A model generated the notes under the pieces. The model did no database searches. It was given only the letters and a program-made list of their open reading frames with translations, and was not told where the DNA came from. Below, piece after piece: positions 62,086-64,000 of a DNA stretch of 64,000 bases. A program made the position numbers and the translations under genes. Position 1 is the stretch's first letter, and each line of letters starts with the position of its first letter. The stretch comes from Eledone cirrhosa (taxonomy: Eukaryota): NCBI GenBank assembly GCA_964016885.1, contig OZ024750.1:5456001-5520000 (forward strand), written 5' to 3'.

Positions 62086-63160
62086 TACAGTGGTATTCAA
62101 TGTTTTACAGAGTCTCACTCATAATGTGATGACCTCACCCAATATTTCATGGAGCTGTATTCATCAGTTCACTCACAATATGATATAGTGTGAATGTATT
62201 GAATAACAAAGGGTAAAACCAATGAACATTTCTATCTAAGCTTCCACAAAGCCATGTATGAATAACATGTAGTGTTTAGAAGCAGGTCATGGCACAGCAT
62301 ATTTGTCAAATAACTTTCAGTAGCTGGCAATGGAAAAAGGAGTGTTGAAACCAGTCAGATTGGTAAGATTCCAACCTACCAACAATATGGCACCCATTTC
62401 ATATACTTTCACTGTTACAGCAGTGTGTCTGTTGTGACAGTTCCCCCATTGTCTCAAACTCTATGCAGTAGGTACCTTGAGGTGGCACAGCTGACCACAG
62501 AAAGCAGCAAATGTAGCAAAAAATTAAATAGAAACTTGTAATAAAGAATTCAGATCGTTCCTTTATGAATATAGCTTGAAAAAGATTGCTTCTACTATGA
62601 TGGTTTAACCTAGATAGAAAACATGAATTCTTCAATTAGTACATACTAATGATCAGAGGGTCATAAGACTCACCAAAAAGCAGAGTAAAAAGCTGTTACA
62701 GTTTGTACAGTCAGAGAAATAAACCATAGGTAAAAGTAATTTACAGCAAGATGTAGTCCTTTGACCAGAAGATTAAGCTTAGTATATTGAAATAGTTAGA
62801 ATGTGTATATAATCCATGTGGGTGATTAGTAATCCTCAGATTGCTAACTGGACATATTATATACAATAGATAATTGGAAATATTAAATACAATAAACTTA
62901 ATAGAATTAACACATTAACCGAACCCCATTGTCTTATGACAGTCTAAAATATATTGTAATCATTTAAGTGTAGATACCGGAAGTCTATAAATAATTCTAG
63001 CAACTCTTAGCCTAGAAAATCATCTAGGAAGTTATAGATAGTATGTCACTAGAAATATTTCTATAAAGATATGGGCGGTAGTAGCTAATAGCAACATTTA
63101 AGGACATATTTAGTTAGTAACTGAACAGCTGAGATTTCATCAGTTATGTTCATAACTTAA

Positions 63161-63204
63161 TTCTCCCTCATCATCCTCTGGGGAAACGCCTTCTCTACTC
63201 TGTC
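63161..63204 (+). mobile_element. Small CRE-clade fragment
   Basis: TCTCCCTCATCATCCTCTGGGGAAACGCCTTCTCTACTCTGTC matches 4551-4594. Confidence 0.55.
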
Positions 63205-64000
63205 CACAGTAGAAGATAATAAGGAGCTGAACTGTAAAGGTTCCACTTTAAGGTCTAATATTTAGAATAGAAACTTCTATGAAATCTTCATGGGATGGTA
63301 TTCTTTACTAATGATCTAAAAATTATCCTCTTTATCTTTACCTGAAATAATTTAATTAGAGGAAACCTTATGAAGACTCTGCTAGAATGGTGAAGTTTAT
63401 GTTATTAGTGCCCAGACTGAAACCTGCAGGAAGAGGCAAGAAACGAAGGGGTTCTGGTCTAAATGCAATACATTTGCTAAAGACACCCTCCTAAGGAGCA
63501 GATAGTCTGTTAACATGAATTGAATACAAAAAATTGCTTGGATAGTTGGGGAAAGTATTTTCAGACATGACAAACCTTTAACAAAGGGATGTTGTGAATG
63601 ATTGAGTGAGGAAAATTATATCACTTACCCAGAGGTGATAGCTTATATACTAGTGACAAGATATTAACTCATTAACTTTGGGTTAGTAATCAACACTTAG
63701 ATACTGTAATCTGAACAATGAAAATTAATAACAAAATGATGCAAAGCTTTTAAAAAAAATATGCACAATGTTATAGATGAAAATGTTTGAAATCTCGTGA
63801 GTAACAATGATAATCATCTTATTTAATCATAGAACTAGCTACACATTTGTGTTGTGCTGAAATTAATGTAATAAAAATAAATATTTGAGTTTTATTATGA
63901 ATCAGCATATATTTTAAGTAACGCAATTGCAAATAAGAGTCGAACAGTTATAATTAGAAATTTACTGTGAACTTGGTGTTATATTTAACCTTTTTTCAAA

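Overview
AT-rich, repeat-saturated eukaryotic DNA. It is most likely a cephalopod (octopus-like) intron or intergenic region; this is inferred from the SINE/LINE repertoire and the microsatellite load. I could not support any host protein-coding gene. Nearly all ORFs in the track are microsatellite or antisense artefacts. The only long real reading frame is a young, 5'-truncated RTE-clade LINE (14899-17569). It has one frameshift in an A12 run and a PHD-type C4HC3 finger embedded in its reverse transcriptase. The rest of the window holds several tRNA-derived SINE families: a Nin/Deu-like family and CORE-like families, one of which carries the 3' tail of the RTE LINE. There are three TTAA-flanked piggyBac-type MITE families, two mariner-type MITEs, and remnants of CR1, Expander-like RTE and CRE (restriction-like endonuclease) retrotransposons, plus mini- and microsatellites. 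The most notable signal is three distinct families of short non-coding elements carrying minimal type I hammerhead ribozyme motifs. They sit next to (TA)n tracts, often in inverted arrangement, and look like Penelope pseudo-LTR or retrozyme-like elements. All family assignments come from manual motif recognition, not database searches.
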